DNA from: Lingula anatina
Lineage: Eukaryota > Animalia > Brachiopoda
Direction of reading: 5' to 3'
Assembly (NCBI GenBank): GCA_051362555.1
Contig: CM120641.1
Span: 41,484,401-41,548,400, forward strand
DNA: 64,000 nt
A program made the translations under genes and the position numbers. The notes beneath the pieces were generated by a model. The model worked only from the letters and a program-made list of their open reading frames with translations, searched no databases and was not told the origin of the DNA. This document shows, in pieces, positions 23,701 through 35,571 of the stretch; positions within the stretch are counted from its first letter, which is position 1, and the number at the start of each line of letters is the position of its first letter.

Positions 23701-26700
23701 AAAACATCAACAATCGATTTCAGTTTTACTTTTAGCCTTCCATGATTGCGCTAAAATATAAAAAACCTACTTGTACCTTCTGCAAACTTTCTGTAAATTT
23801 TGGGTTTCATGTGTAAACTCAGGTAAGACTAAGCTTCATCTGGATAAAGTTGTTTTATCGGGCACTGTGATGTTAACCTTTAAACAGTGCTTCACTTTTG
23901 TAACATTGGGTTCAATATCCCTTCATTGCCACATGTACATTCTACTTCTCTCAATAGGTGGCGGTGGTGATGGGCAATTGCACTGGCGGCAGTTCCATCA
24001 TGGCGGCAATGTCAGACGAGAATATAGTAGTCAAAGGACAAACTTCATATCTAGCAGGTCCTAGTTTGGTAAGAGTGTTATCTGAAAACGAGCTGCTTTT
24101 TTCATCCATCCTGGTCGAGAGTGCGAGTTTTCGTGGTCTGTGCAACACCTATCATTTATGCTTCAGTATCGTTTTACTGGTACATCAAGGGGGTATAAAA
24201 CGAAATAACTTTGGTAACTTAAATCATCTGAGCATCGTCAACACCGTAACAAAAGAGTGTGTTAAGGATATTGTCACCCTTCACCCAAAACTCCTTATTT
24301 ACTGCCTTTCATACATTCTTGTGGGTAATAAATACATCTTCAGTGTTCATTGACTAAATTAATTAACATTTACACATATGTCATCCTACGGATTTTGGGG
24401 TAAAAAGTGAAAAATCGGTTTCTCAAATTTCTCCTTTACCTGAGAATCCACGATCACCTTTTCAACGCCGATTTGATGACACCATTTAGTACTCCAAAAC
24501 CATGCCAGTGATTTTTCATAAAAGTCTTAGTTCAGATTTTATCGTTGATAAACCAATGCAATGCCGTTGTTTAAAGGGATAACAACTGTTCATTTTGGCT
24601 AAAAATGGATTTTCCTGGGGTAAAGGATAATTTTCCAATACTTACAACATTCAAAGTTAGTCTCTGTTTTTTTTCTAAAAAGTTTCGTTTTTTTAATCCT
24701 CTTAAGAGATTATAACAGAGTGTAGCCATCTATGGAAGTCACGTGATGTGATGTCAAGCAAAGTTCCAGAACAATTGCTTTAACCGCCGTTTTGGTGGTA
24801 AAATAGAATTTATTATATTTCTGTGAGTTGTTTAAAATGTATTTATTGTGAAATATGGGTATCATACGAACGGTTGTTATCCCTTTAATGAAAATCTGTA
24901 ATCAGGAGCTCATAACTCCATAACAAGAAAAAAAAATACTTAAACCAAAATGACGGCACGGGATTGTAGCCTATACACTCTTGGTTAACTCTGCCAATTT
25001 TCGTGATAAAATCTTATTCACGGATATAGTTACGCCCCATACCGATTGCTATCTCACCTCAAAATAGAAAGATGTTAAATTGAGGCTTAAAGCTTTGAGT
25101 TGCCTATGCTTATACATGTACATTTCAACAAATAAACATAAACGCCGATATTTTATATTTTTGAGGGTTTTCCATTGTTTTCAATCAGCACAAAGATAGA
25201 TGCATAATTGAATAATTACTGTAGATGCAGGAAAAAACTAATTTTCAGTATCTGGATGATAATTAAGGGTTACATTATCCTTAAGCATGCTAATCTTTAC
25301 AAAGATTCATAATAACGTGTCTTGTTAAATTACAGTTTGTTAGAATGTGTTTTACTTAGAAATGTGACATATTATTATTTGGAAGCGTGAATGATCACAA
25401 AACCCCGTAGAATGGCATAGTCTACAACGTAACGGTGGGTTTTACATACGGTAATTTTAGGTGGAATCCGTCATTGGTGAGAAAGTCTCAGCTGAAGATC
25501 TAGGAGGGGCGGAGATCATGTGTCGGTATGTTTTTAGGTTCATTAGTATTCTGAATATCTTTTTAAAAATAACCACATCGCCCCCCCCTCACCCATCCAC
25601 CCACTACCTACACACGTTCGCGTGCGCTTTTCAATATAGTACGAGTACATTAGTACGAGGATTGCCGTATAAAATGCATTTGGCGATCGGCATGCTCAAA
25701 TGACATAGCACATGACCCAGTGCAGACACGCCCACATTTTCATTATATATCATCTGCAATTAAATATTTCCAGATACTCAGGCGTAGCTGACTATTTTGC
25801 AGAAGATGATCTACATGCACTTCATAGGGTTCGGAGGATTATTCGAAACCTCAATTTCACGACAAATCCTCAGGTTAGATCTATTTTTTATCAAAGCTGG
25901 GCACTGGAGAGTCCATTGCTTGGTAAGGGGGAGGAGGCAAAGTGATTAGATAATTCACAAAATGAATAAATGGTAGAAGAAGTAAGCTTTTCTATAATAA
26001 ACAGTGGCAGATATAGGGGGGTCAAGGGGGCCTGCCCCCGGCCCTTGGTGTTCTGAAAAAAAAAAAAAAAAACAAAAAAAAACAACTAAAAGCGTCTTAC
26101 CAGTGACCTCTCGAATCTGCTGCTCCCAGAAATTAACAAACTCTGATGTTGTCAATCAATTGTTGCGTTTGGTTTTTGTCATGTTAGGCATACTTTACCA
26201 ATAAATGTATAGATTGTATAGAAAGTTTCGTTAGAACACCACTTAATCTCAATGAGCCATCTGGTCCAGTTCTACGTCCATGATGTTGTTTGCTATGCCG
26301 CGTCGCCATAAAGCTGGTGCCATTTGCAATTCAGGACCCCCTTACCCCCTTAACCCCCACTGGACCACCCTTTTCAAATAATCCTGGTTCCGCCCTTTAT
26401 AAAAAAAAGGGTAAAGGGAAGGGAAATTGGTTGGTTTTCTCCTACACGTACTTTGCTCGGTATACTTTTTTGGGAGGGGAGAAGGGTAAGTACGGGGTAC
26501 CTGCAACGTCAATTTACAAATATCTCTAAAACATACTGCCTTGTATTACTGACTATTACATATATTTACTTCTATAAGGTACATGTACTTGTATATAATA
26601 TCCACCAGTATCTTTATACATGTATTTTGGCATATTCTCATGTATAGAATGTACAAACAATCCAGTCACATCTAGCACAATATTATAGGTCGCGCTGACA

Positions 26701-29700
26701 AAACCGGAGCCACCACTGCATTCTGCGCAAGAACTGTATGGCATAGTTGAAGCGGACAACAAGAAGATGTATGACGTGAGAGAAGTACGTATTAAAAAAA
26801 CACGCCTTTTTAATTTTGAGAAAAATGTAATAAATTGATTAACTCTGCGACGTAGACGTTTTATTGATTTTTATTTGTTTTTATTTTTCGGGCTGACAAA
26901 CAGGCGCTGCGTTTGATTTTTATTTTAAAAAGTCCACTATACGCGGACGTGTATAAACCCTCGTTGGATATGAAATTTATTTAACGTTTTGCCCTTTTTG
27001 AATAAACAAAAGCTATTATTTTTATTGTTGTTATAATTATTATTATTATTATTATTCGACCTTTTTGATCCATGAAGCATTTAAATATGTCTGGTAGGTT
27101 GATTTTCTTGATGCTATGATTCCCCTTTACAGGTGATAGCTAGGATAGTGGATGGAAGCAGATTTGATGAATTCAAAGCAATGTACGGCGACACTCTTGT
27201 GTGTGGGTTTGCTAGACTCTGGGGATTTCCCGTGGGTATTCTTGGAAACAACGGGGTGCTTTTCTCGGAATCTGCCCTCAAGGTAATATAATTTAATTAG
27301 ATGATGGCATTACACAATGATTTTTATTCCGTTTGAAGACAGTCTCAGTCTCAGAGTGTCTGAAAAGAGTGACTACTTAAAAATGTGACAAAATCTTGCC
27401 TTTTGTAAGCAGATTCAATGAAATAGTGGACATATAATTTTGATTTCGGACATTATATGAATTAATATTTTTCCATTCTCTGTAAGGGAGCTCATTTTAT
27501 ACAGCTATGTTGTCAGAGAAGGATTCCGTTGACGTTTCTTCAAAACATTACAGGTAGGACATACTCCGGTTCAAACTATGTCCCCCTTTACTCAGCAGTT
27601 CAAATTAAATGATACCATAGTAAATTATAGCATGACCTGCCTTTTTTATTTGCATCATCCACCATCCTTGCTTACCATGGGCCTCCTTCTAATGCCACGT
27701 GTATTTGTTTTTGATTAATAATGTGTATTTGATATTGGTATTGTTAACCAAAAAAAGGGTACATATCGTGGCTCATCTCTTTGTCAAACTTTACAAAAAG
27801 TTAATGTCAATACCTTTTATGGCTTTCATGATTTAAATGTACATCCTGCTTAAAACTTTTATATAATGGATAATATAAACTTTTATGTTATGTCTGATGT
27901 TTTTTTATGTTTTTCCTTGCGTTTTGATTGCAGGTTTTATGGTTGGCCAGGAAGCAGAAGCACAAGGTAGATGACGACCCAATTTAATGTCAATATTGTA
28001 ATGTTTTTAATTGTTTATTGTATTTATTTCTTTAACATATGTCTATCTTTTTACCTCATGACAACAATATTTAATGTATGTGTTATATATAAGCTGAATA
28101 AATTAACTTTCTCTTAATCTCAGGGATTTCAAAACATGGCGCCAAAATGCTGACAGCCGTGGCGTGTGCAAGCGTGCCAAAATTGTCTGTAATTATAGGG
28201 GGCGCTTATGGTGCTGGCAATTACGCTATGTGTGGAAGAGCGTATGGGTGAGGATAAAGTCTGTCTCATACCTCCTGTCATGTTATAGCAATGTTTCTCA
28301 AACTCATTTTAGTAATTTTGCATTGAGATGGCAGATTTATTCCCCAATAATTATCTTTGATCAAAACAAAACCTATCTACCTTATATCATTACTAACGTA
28401 ACATTTCACAGCCGTCTTTTAACGCTTTGAAAATAATTTATACGGGTGCCAATTTAGCTTTTGTATGCTTGTATGACTCCCGTAATATTTATTTTTAATT
28501 TTTAGACCCAGATTTGTTTACGCGTGGCCCAATTCGAGATTGTCCGCCATGGGTGGAGAACAGGCTGCCAGCGTTTTAGGACAGATAGCAAAGGAGCAGA
28601 AATTAAGACGCGGGGAAGAGGTACGTGCATGTTATGATGGAGACAGCGACCCCTTTAACTGATTTTGCTTGTAACATGTTTCTGCCATGTTCAGATATTA
28701 GTATAATAAAAGTATGATCAAACATGTGAACTCGGGTATGTCCATAGCGTTAAACCAATAACCTGCAATTACTGGGCCGCTGGTATCTGAAACGTGTTCA
28801 CCAGGCGTCGACCTTTCACAAGCCATAACAAGAATAAGAATCGATTATTTTCTGATTTTCTCACAACAGGCAAAGTGAAATCATTAAACTGTGGTATTTT
28901 CCTTATACAGCTGACACTGGAAGAGGAACAAGCTATCAAAGATCTGATTTTAAAGAAATATGAAGTTGAAGGCAGTCCATATTACGCCAGCTCCAGGTAG
29001 GCCGTCTCTGGGTAAACTGTAACCCCGGCCAAAGCAAGAGTCAAGTTTTTGTTAGAAACCAGGGGCGAATTTAGACCGTCTTCTGGGTTTTCCAGAAGAC
29101 GGTAAGATTTTCAAGTTTACATTGACAGGTATCTAATTTTTTCTGTTGGAAGACGGTTAAAATTGGAGGATGGATCAACAAAGATATTTTGGAAGACTGT
29201 CAGAAAATAGCTCTGGATCCGCCACTGGAAACTGTTCAATTTTTAAAGCTATTAATAATATACGACAAGGTGCGAAAAAGAGAGATTTTATGATCATGAG
29301 ATTCACAAAATAGGGAGAGCAAACTGCATTTGTTGTAGTAGATTATCACATTTTAAAATTATAATTAGGAGAAAACAGTACAAGTGTAACGTATTTAAAG
29401 TTATGCATACTGCCGTGCTTTGAATTGAAAGTTCCTCTATCGAAAATGAAAAAACAGACCATTTTATAAAGTTGGTTTGATTAAAAGAACACATGCATAT
29501 AAATTATGTATGTAATGTACACTTTGCAGGCCAGCAGCCGTTGGGGGGGGGGGGGGGTCTAACCTTTTTGCCGAGAACAGGCCCGCTCTGGGTAAAGTTT
29601 GATAAAGGTACACGACGTGTTCATGGTAAAATGGTAAATGGTAAATGACAGTAATACACATGCTGTGTTGAGTATGATGGGGTTGACCTTTGACCTTTAA

Positions 29701-29826
29701 CCTTTCAGGTTGTGGGATGACGGTGTGATTGATCCTGTGGATACCAGGATTGTCCTTGGACTGAGTCTCAGCGCAGCTCTTCAGGCAGAACAAGCAAACA
29801 CGAGATTTGGAATTTTCAGAATGTGA
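20795..29826 (+). CDS. MCCC2: Methylcrotonoyl-CoA carboxylase beta-chain-like carboxyltransferase, 17 exons, 570 aa, divergent N-domain
   Basis: GT-AG exons 20795-20962, 21702-21768, 21950-22019, 22787-22888, 23152-23279, 23532-23644, 23958-24068, 25461-25525, 25774-25873, 26689-26784, 27133-27282, 27487-27553, 27934-27966, 28124-28247, 28506-28620, 28911-28996 and 29709-29826 sum to 1713 nt in an open frame. Motifs [49 protein letters not shown] and C-terminal FGIFRM. AATAAA at about 29991. Confidence 0.93.
24575..24884. mobile_element. Kolobok-like MITE nested in an older repeat in MCCC2-like intron 7
   Basis: TTAA-AGGGATAACAAC...GTTGTTATCCCT-TTAA. The copy of the host repeat at about 12735 lacks it (TGTTAAATGAAAATC). 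Confidence 0.8.
26002..26397. mobile_element. hAT-like MITE (CAGTGGCGGAT family), degenerate
   Basis: CAGTGGCAGATATAGGGGG...AATAATCCTGGTTCCGCCCCT; the ends resemble 18995-19236. Confidence 0.6.
29060..29227. mobile_element. hAT-like MITE with 5-bp TSD, same family as 9884-10258
   Basis: GAAAC-CAGGGGCGAAT...ATCCGCCACTG-GAAAC; shares internal GGAGGATGGATCAACAAAGATA with the 9884 copy. Confidence 0.85.
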
Positions 29827-29902
29827 GATCGAAAATATGACGACATCTTGTCAAGTGAAATAAGGGATACTCGGTTGTTAACTCTGAGGGGGGTAGCATT
29901 TC

Positions 29903-29945
<43 letters not shown>

Positions 29946-30397
29946 TACCAACATCTATTAACCACAGCGATTAGGTGGATCTTTTGAACCAATAAACATT
30001 TTTCTGTACAGTGCATAGTGTAGCTCGTTGATTAGTTTCCATATTCTGACTAAAACATATGCCTTAAAATGAAAAAAATGTTTATTCTAAACAAAAAATT
30101 TTATTTCTGATTAAATATATTATAACATACACAAGTTAACACCGATCACACAAATATATAATCAAATCTGTAACACAACAATGCATAATACAGGTAGACA
30201 GCTAGTGCAGGGTACACCCCCCCCCCCCCCCCCCCCACACACACACAAAAAGCATAAAGATGCATAGTTTTGATCGAAGTGCCTGTGCTTCTTTTTAAGG
30301 ATTTTAAGAAACGCCAGTTACATATATAGGTTTCGTCTCTCCTCTTTGCAATGCCTCTTTGTATCACAAATTGATATCATGCGATAGCTGGGCCACA

Positions 30398-33130
30398 TTA
30401 GTGCAGACCATACTGAAGAATGACGGGAACAAAGGCGCTGACAGCTAGAAGAACAGTGGCTAGCGGGCTGGTGCTGGTGGCTCCGTTACAGTTGTCAGTC
30501 GAGCAGTGGCAAGTGGTGGTGGTAACACCTAAGACAGAGCCTGTGGTGCAGCCAGCAGAGGCACCGGAAGATCCACATTCCCTGGTCCAAGATTTGGTTT
30601 CTATACAGAAAAAAAAACGGTTGCACTTTATCTCCTAAACTCAAACTTCAAAAGTATGTAATGTGTTACATGTAGTATTTTGTTGAAATACACTAATATC
30701 TTATATCGTTTAACTGCATGTATAAACACACTGAAAGCCAGTCAAGTCGTCATCGAGTGATCACGGCATCGTCCACTAAATGTCACTACGGACAGCGCGT
30801 GTGGGGGGAAGAGGAGGGATTTGAAGGCCCGAGAAACGAGCCCTTTCCTTCTTTACATGGAAATCATTGGTCCACATGTTTGGCAGGTTAATTAAACCGT
30901 CAAGGTGGGTCGATGTGGTGCATGTAAGAAGTTTATAGACTCCCAGGTCCATGGGCCCTCAAAATTTCCTCAGGTCTCCGCAGTGAAATCTAGCGGACAA
31001 AGTCGTAACCAAGTTCTAGTGAATGGACCGAAAGTCTTCTTGTAGGTATGTACAGTGTAAATGAATTTGAAATTTAAAAAATAATATGTAATTCAGTAAA
31101 GATGAGTTTGCACAAGTCTATGATATTTTATATTTTTATACACGTCGTATACAAATATAACGTCGTGTATGAAAATATAAAATATCATAGACTCTGAAAT
31201 GTTACGTGTACTTACTGATTCCGAGGGTGTCCGTTTCGACAAAAATTTTCTTGCAAAACCCAGTGGTGCAGTTGGTTGTTGTGCTTGCCGTGGGTTGCTC
31301 CTGGCACGCACTGTTAGTGCTGAATGTGGAAGAACAGGATATGCATGTCAACCCTGCACCTTAAGAAAACAAAATACTATTTATGATCCTATAGTAACAT
31401 CTCACAGAAAACAGTTCAACTGATTAAATTTTATCGGAACAATCGATATTTCTAAGGTGGGTTTACTGTTTTATATTGTTTTATAAGTGGGTGTACACTT
31501 GATGAAAGGAGGTAATACTAGAGCCAGACTGGCAATTAAAAAATATCTAATTAAGACGCTTTGATTAAGACGTTTGTACAAATATAATACAAAATTACAC
31601 CAATACGACAAATAACGTGAAATTACAAATACGTAGAAGAATTAGATAAACAGGATTAAGTATAACATAAAATTTAATGATATCTAAAATAGTTTAGCAC
31701 AGTTTACCGACAGTGTGGAATACACCTAAGGGTAGATTTGATCTAAGAGTAGATCTGAACTTATAAACATTTGTTATCGACATACATGTTCTTACAAAGG
31801 TGGCTATGTTACAACCCACTTTGAAAAAATTATGCAATTTGAAAAAATTTTTCAAATCGCGCCAAAAATGGGACAAAGTCAACGCGATTTGAAAAAATAT
31901 TTCAAATTGCGTTAAAATCGTGGACAGACTCAACGCAATTTGAAAGAAAAATCTTATATTTCAAATTGCGTCAAACAGGCACATTTTAACACACTTTGAA
32001 AAATTTTGAGAAAAATGTTAAGATGAGTATCTGCCTATGCCTAATCACCTGACTTTCTATAGGCCTATATATACAATGGCCTATTTGGTAGAAATGAGGT
32101 TGCTGGGAAGTTGTAGGCCTATAAATACTGAAAATATTAGTAGGCCTACTTATCTTTTATAAGCAAGTAAGGTTTTTTGCTAAGCAAAAACTTTTTGCTT
32201 AGATTTTTTGATAAACCGGGCCCAGGCCTAGGCCATCTTTTAGTAGGCCTTTAGAACCAACAACAGGGCCTAAAGAGCATTATTAGCAGTCATAGACAGA
32301 TGGAGGTCACACTGGCTGTGTCCAATTTGAGTCATTTAATATATTGATATTGATACTTTGGACAATCATCTGTCTAGTTAGGCCCAGCAATTGATTTGGA
32401 TGGCGGGGCAAAGTCAATTTGACCTCCTCAAGTCAGCTTTTTGCCTGTCAGACACCAGGGACATCAGGAATAAAATGAAAGCGATTGTCAAAAAAATCAA
32501 CAACAATAGAACTCCTCATAGAAACGAGCAGTCTGGGGGTCTTCCCCATAATATTCTTGAAAATAAGGAACAATTTATAATAATTTCACTTCATTTTGGC
32601 CTATCAAGTTTCATTTTCCCTTTGCATTTTCCGAAATTTCTTCTTGCCTTTTGCAATCGACAGATTCTTTCAAGAAAATAAATTGTTAATAAGCATGTCA
32701 ACTGAATTCATAACCTCAAGCAAAATGAAATAATTCATAAATGTATGTTCTTAACGCAATTTGAAATATTTTTTCAAATCGCGTTGACTTTGTCCCATTT
32801 TTGACGCGATTTGAAAATTTTTTTCAAATTGCGTAATTTTTTCAAAGTGGGTTGTAACATGGCTATATATTTTTATACAACAAATATAAAATCGATCTTG
32901 AAAGAATGCCAAATATTGCAGTGTAATTATGGCTTTTTATCGGGGCTTCTCTTGAAATGAAAATTTTTTATACTTTTATTTATCGTTTAATGCACTTATT
33001 CCTCACGATTTAACCTCATCAGTTGAAAGGCCCCACATAAACAACAGATCAGAGCTATAAGAATGTACTTACTCAGAGAAAATGTGGCCACCAAAACCAC
33101 ACAAATTACTTGTAATTTTGTCCTCTCCAT
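30398..33130 (-). CDS. Ly6/uPAR three-finger, GPI-anchored protein (quiver/sleepless-like), copy A, 134 aa
   Basis: Exons 33130-33073 (signal peptide MERTKLQVICVVLVATFSL), 31359-31216 (LTCISC..SAC..NCTTGFCKK) and 30600-30398 (REC..GC..CHCSTDNCN plus hydrophobic tail). Ten Cys, phase-1 GT-AG introns. Confidence 0.9.
31807..32859. mobile_element. Non-autonomous DNA transposon, ~110-bp TIRs, TG...CA ends, 6-bp TSD
   Basis: TGGCTA-TGTTACAACCCACTTTGAAAAAATTA...TAATTTTTTCAAAGTGGGTTGTAACA-TGGCTA. The TIRs contain repeated TTTGAAA/TTTCAAA palindromic motifs. Confidence 0.9.
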
Positions 33131-35571
33131 GTTTCCCGAGTCTGTGCTTTGGAACAAGTGAAAACAGTTTTAAGGCACTCATTCCCGTATCGTGTCGCTA
33201 TGGATCATAGTTAGTCTAAGTGTTATTAGTTTTGGTTACGCACTCCAACTGAAGGAATGCGACCAGCCGTAAAAACTGCTTATTATCCAGTTTTGCTACA
33301 TGTACAATAAGTCATGCTATGGTTACCAGCTGCCGGACATCGGTTCTTGTCCTTTATAAGGTTAAATCCTGTAGGTCTTTTGTCTTCAGCAGGTTAACAT
33401 GTTTGCTGTGAACCCGACGAGGTCAGGCGAATAAAATATTGAATCAAATGAATTGTGATTCTTGTTAATGCAAATTTTGCGCAACAGTGGATTTAAACAA
33501 CCCGATTTTGTATTCGGCCTAGCTACAGGCAGGGTAAGAACATGTCATAATGGAAAAACCTGTTAAGATGATTAAAAAGAGTATTTATTTCTTCAATTAT
33601 GTGTCTACCATTTTGTGAATTAATGAAGTCCATACGAAAAATAAAATATTGGCGTTAATATTTCCTGTAACTAGGGTCTGATATGGGATTTTAGGAGATT
33701 CTGAATCAGGTGGCAGCAGTGGTGCAGTCACGTATCATACACCCAACACACCCTGCTGATTCCTTAAAGAAGCATTGAAAATTTAAGTAAATATGTGAAA
33801 AAAATATATATATATTTGCAAATTGTCGAGATGGAAATTAATGAAAATTATGAGAAAGAAACTCGATTCAAAACCATTTTCAAAAAGAAACCAAAATAGT
33901 TATTTAAAATTAAAATCACTCATTTTCAGAGATGTGATGCCCCAGCAGGTACATGTATGATTTGATGGCATTTCTCAGTGGGGAACCTGTTACTGCACGG
34001 CCGCGTATTCGGCGAGCGAACATGTAACAATGAAGTCATCCACATGCCATCCCTCGCTTTTTATTGCCACGGTATTGTTATTTCTTGATTCATTTATAAT
34101 ATTTAATTGTACATCAAAATGCGCTGTTTTTATTTTTGTTAATCAACAGACGTAACTATATCGGTTACATATAGTCCCTGATGTTTTGTTTAACTTATAT
34201 TGTATAAGTGCATGGCATGGGACGTGAAGTTCAATAAGATTTATTGAAAGATTAAGCGAGTGCTTAAGGTCACTCGAGGTCACTTGAGTGAGGCATATAT
34301 AATGCAATGCTGTAATAGAATATTACGTACGTGAAAATGGAAGGCGTTATTTGAAACCTAACAACCAGGCTATAACTTCTTTTCCAATATCTTCCAAATT
34401 TTAAACCCAAAATTTTAAATGCAAAATTATGAGAAGGAAATTGTGAGAGGTATATGGAGGAAATGGATATTCAAAGAAAGGAGCTAAGGACAGAACGGCG
34501 TCAGAGAATTATCCTACATCCTCACTACCAGAAAAAATGACAGTCACACGCGTACAATGGGTAGTCTTGGGGAGTGGGGGTGGGGATAGGAGTAAGGGGT
34601 GCGTATCGGACTCACGCACCCCCTAGTCTTTAGAGTCGATTCCTTTTCTACCCGTTCCCCAACAGTTAGCACGGTTAAAACTTTTCTCTTCCCTGTTTTA
34701 TATTTTCCGTAAGCCAGCCAATTTAATTCATATTCGTGCCCCCCCCCACATCTCTTCTAGCAAAATATTGGATGCGCCTACAGGTGACGTCAGCTGTATA
34801 TAGCCTTTAGGAAATACCCCCAACTTCTCAACTGCTCACATGATTCCTGTTGATGCCACTGAACAGGTCTAATGAACTGTGGGTGGTCAGGAGGCCTCTC
34901 CGACCGGGATTCGGTGTCTTTTCACCACTTTCTTTGGTATCATTGTTTTTGATATGCTTGGGCCGTAACACCATAGTATCAATATTTGATCCAATGTCAT
35001 TACCATAGCTGAATATAACGTATCCATCAATGCGAACAACCGTGAATTAACCATATCACAGACTGGACTTTATTTCAAACAGATATGACAATATACAGTA
35101 GATATATTGCTGGATTCATTAATATAAAGGGTCTACATTGCGTTAACTATGTAATAAAGGAAATTACTCATTGATCACAAAATATACCTGTACACTATTA
35201 CTTTATCACAATGATAGGCATGTATATATACACGAAAATGCCATGCATAGTTTGAGCTTAGAACTGACACCACTTAGTTTGGGGTTTTGTATCCATTTGG
35301 AGATCTGTGCATCAGCGTGCATAGTCAAAAAAGAGAATAAAACGAAAATGTCCTCAAAGCAATCATTCCAGATTTACAGGAACGATAATATACTTTGATT
35401 GAGTGAGTTCGGTTTTTAGTTTGCATTCTGTATGGAGACGATAAGAGCCTGCATTTCGTAGGGATTTAAAAAAAAGAAATACTCTAGTTCGGTCTTCGCT
35501 CCTCCTTTTTTTTACGTTGCTGCATCTTTTCATCTGTATCAAAAGGTGATAATATGTGATAGCTGGTCAAA

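Noticed and set aside
30420-30638. Plus-strand 72-aa ORF repeated at 35594
   Set aside because: It is the antisense shadow of Ly6 exon 3.
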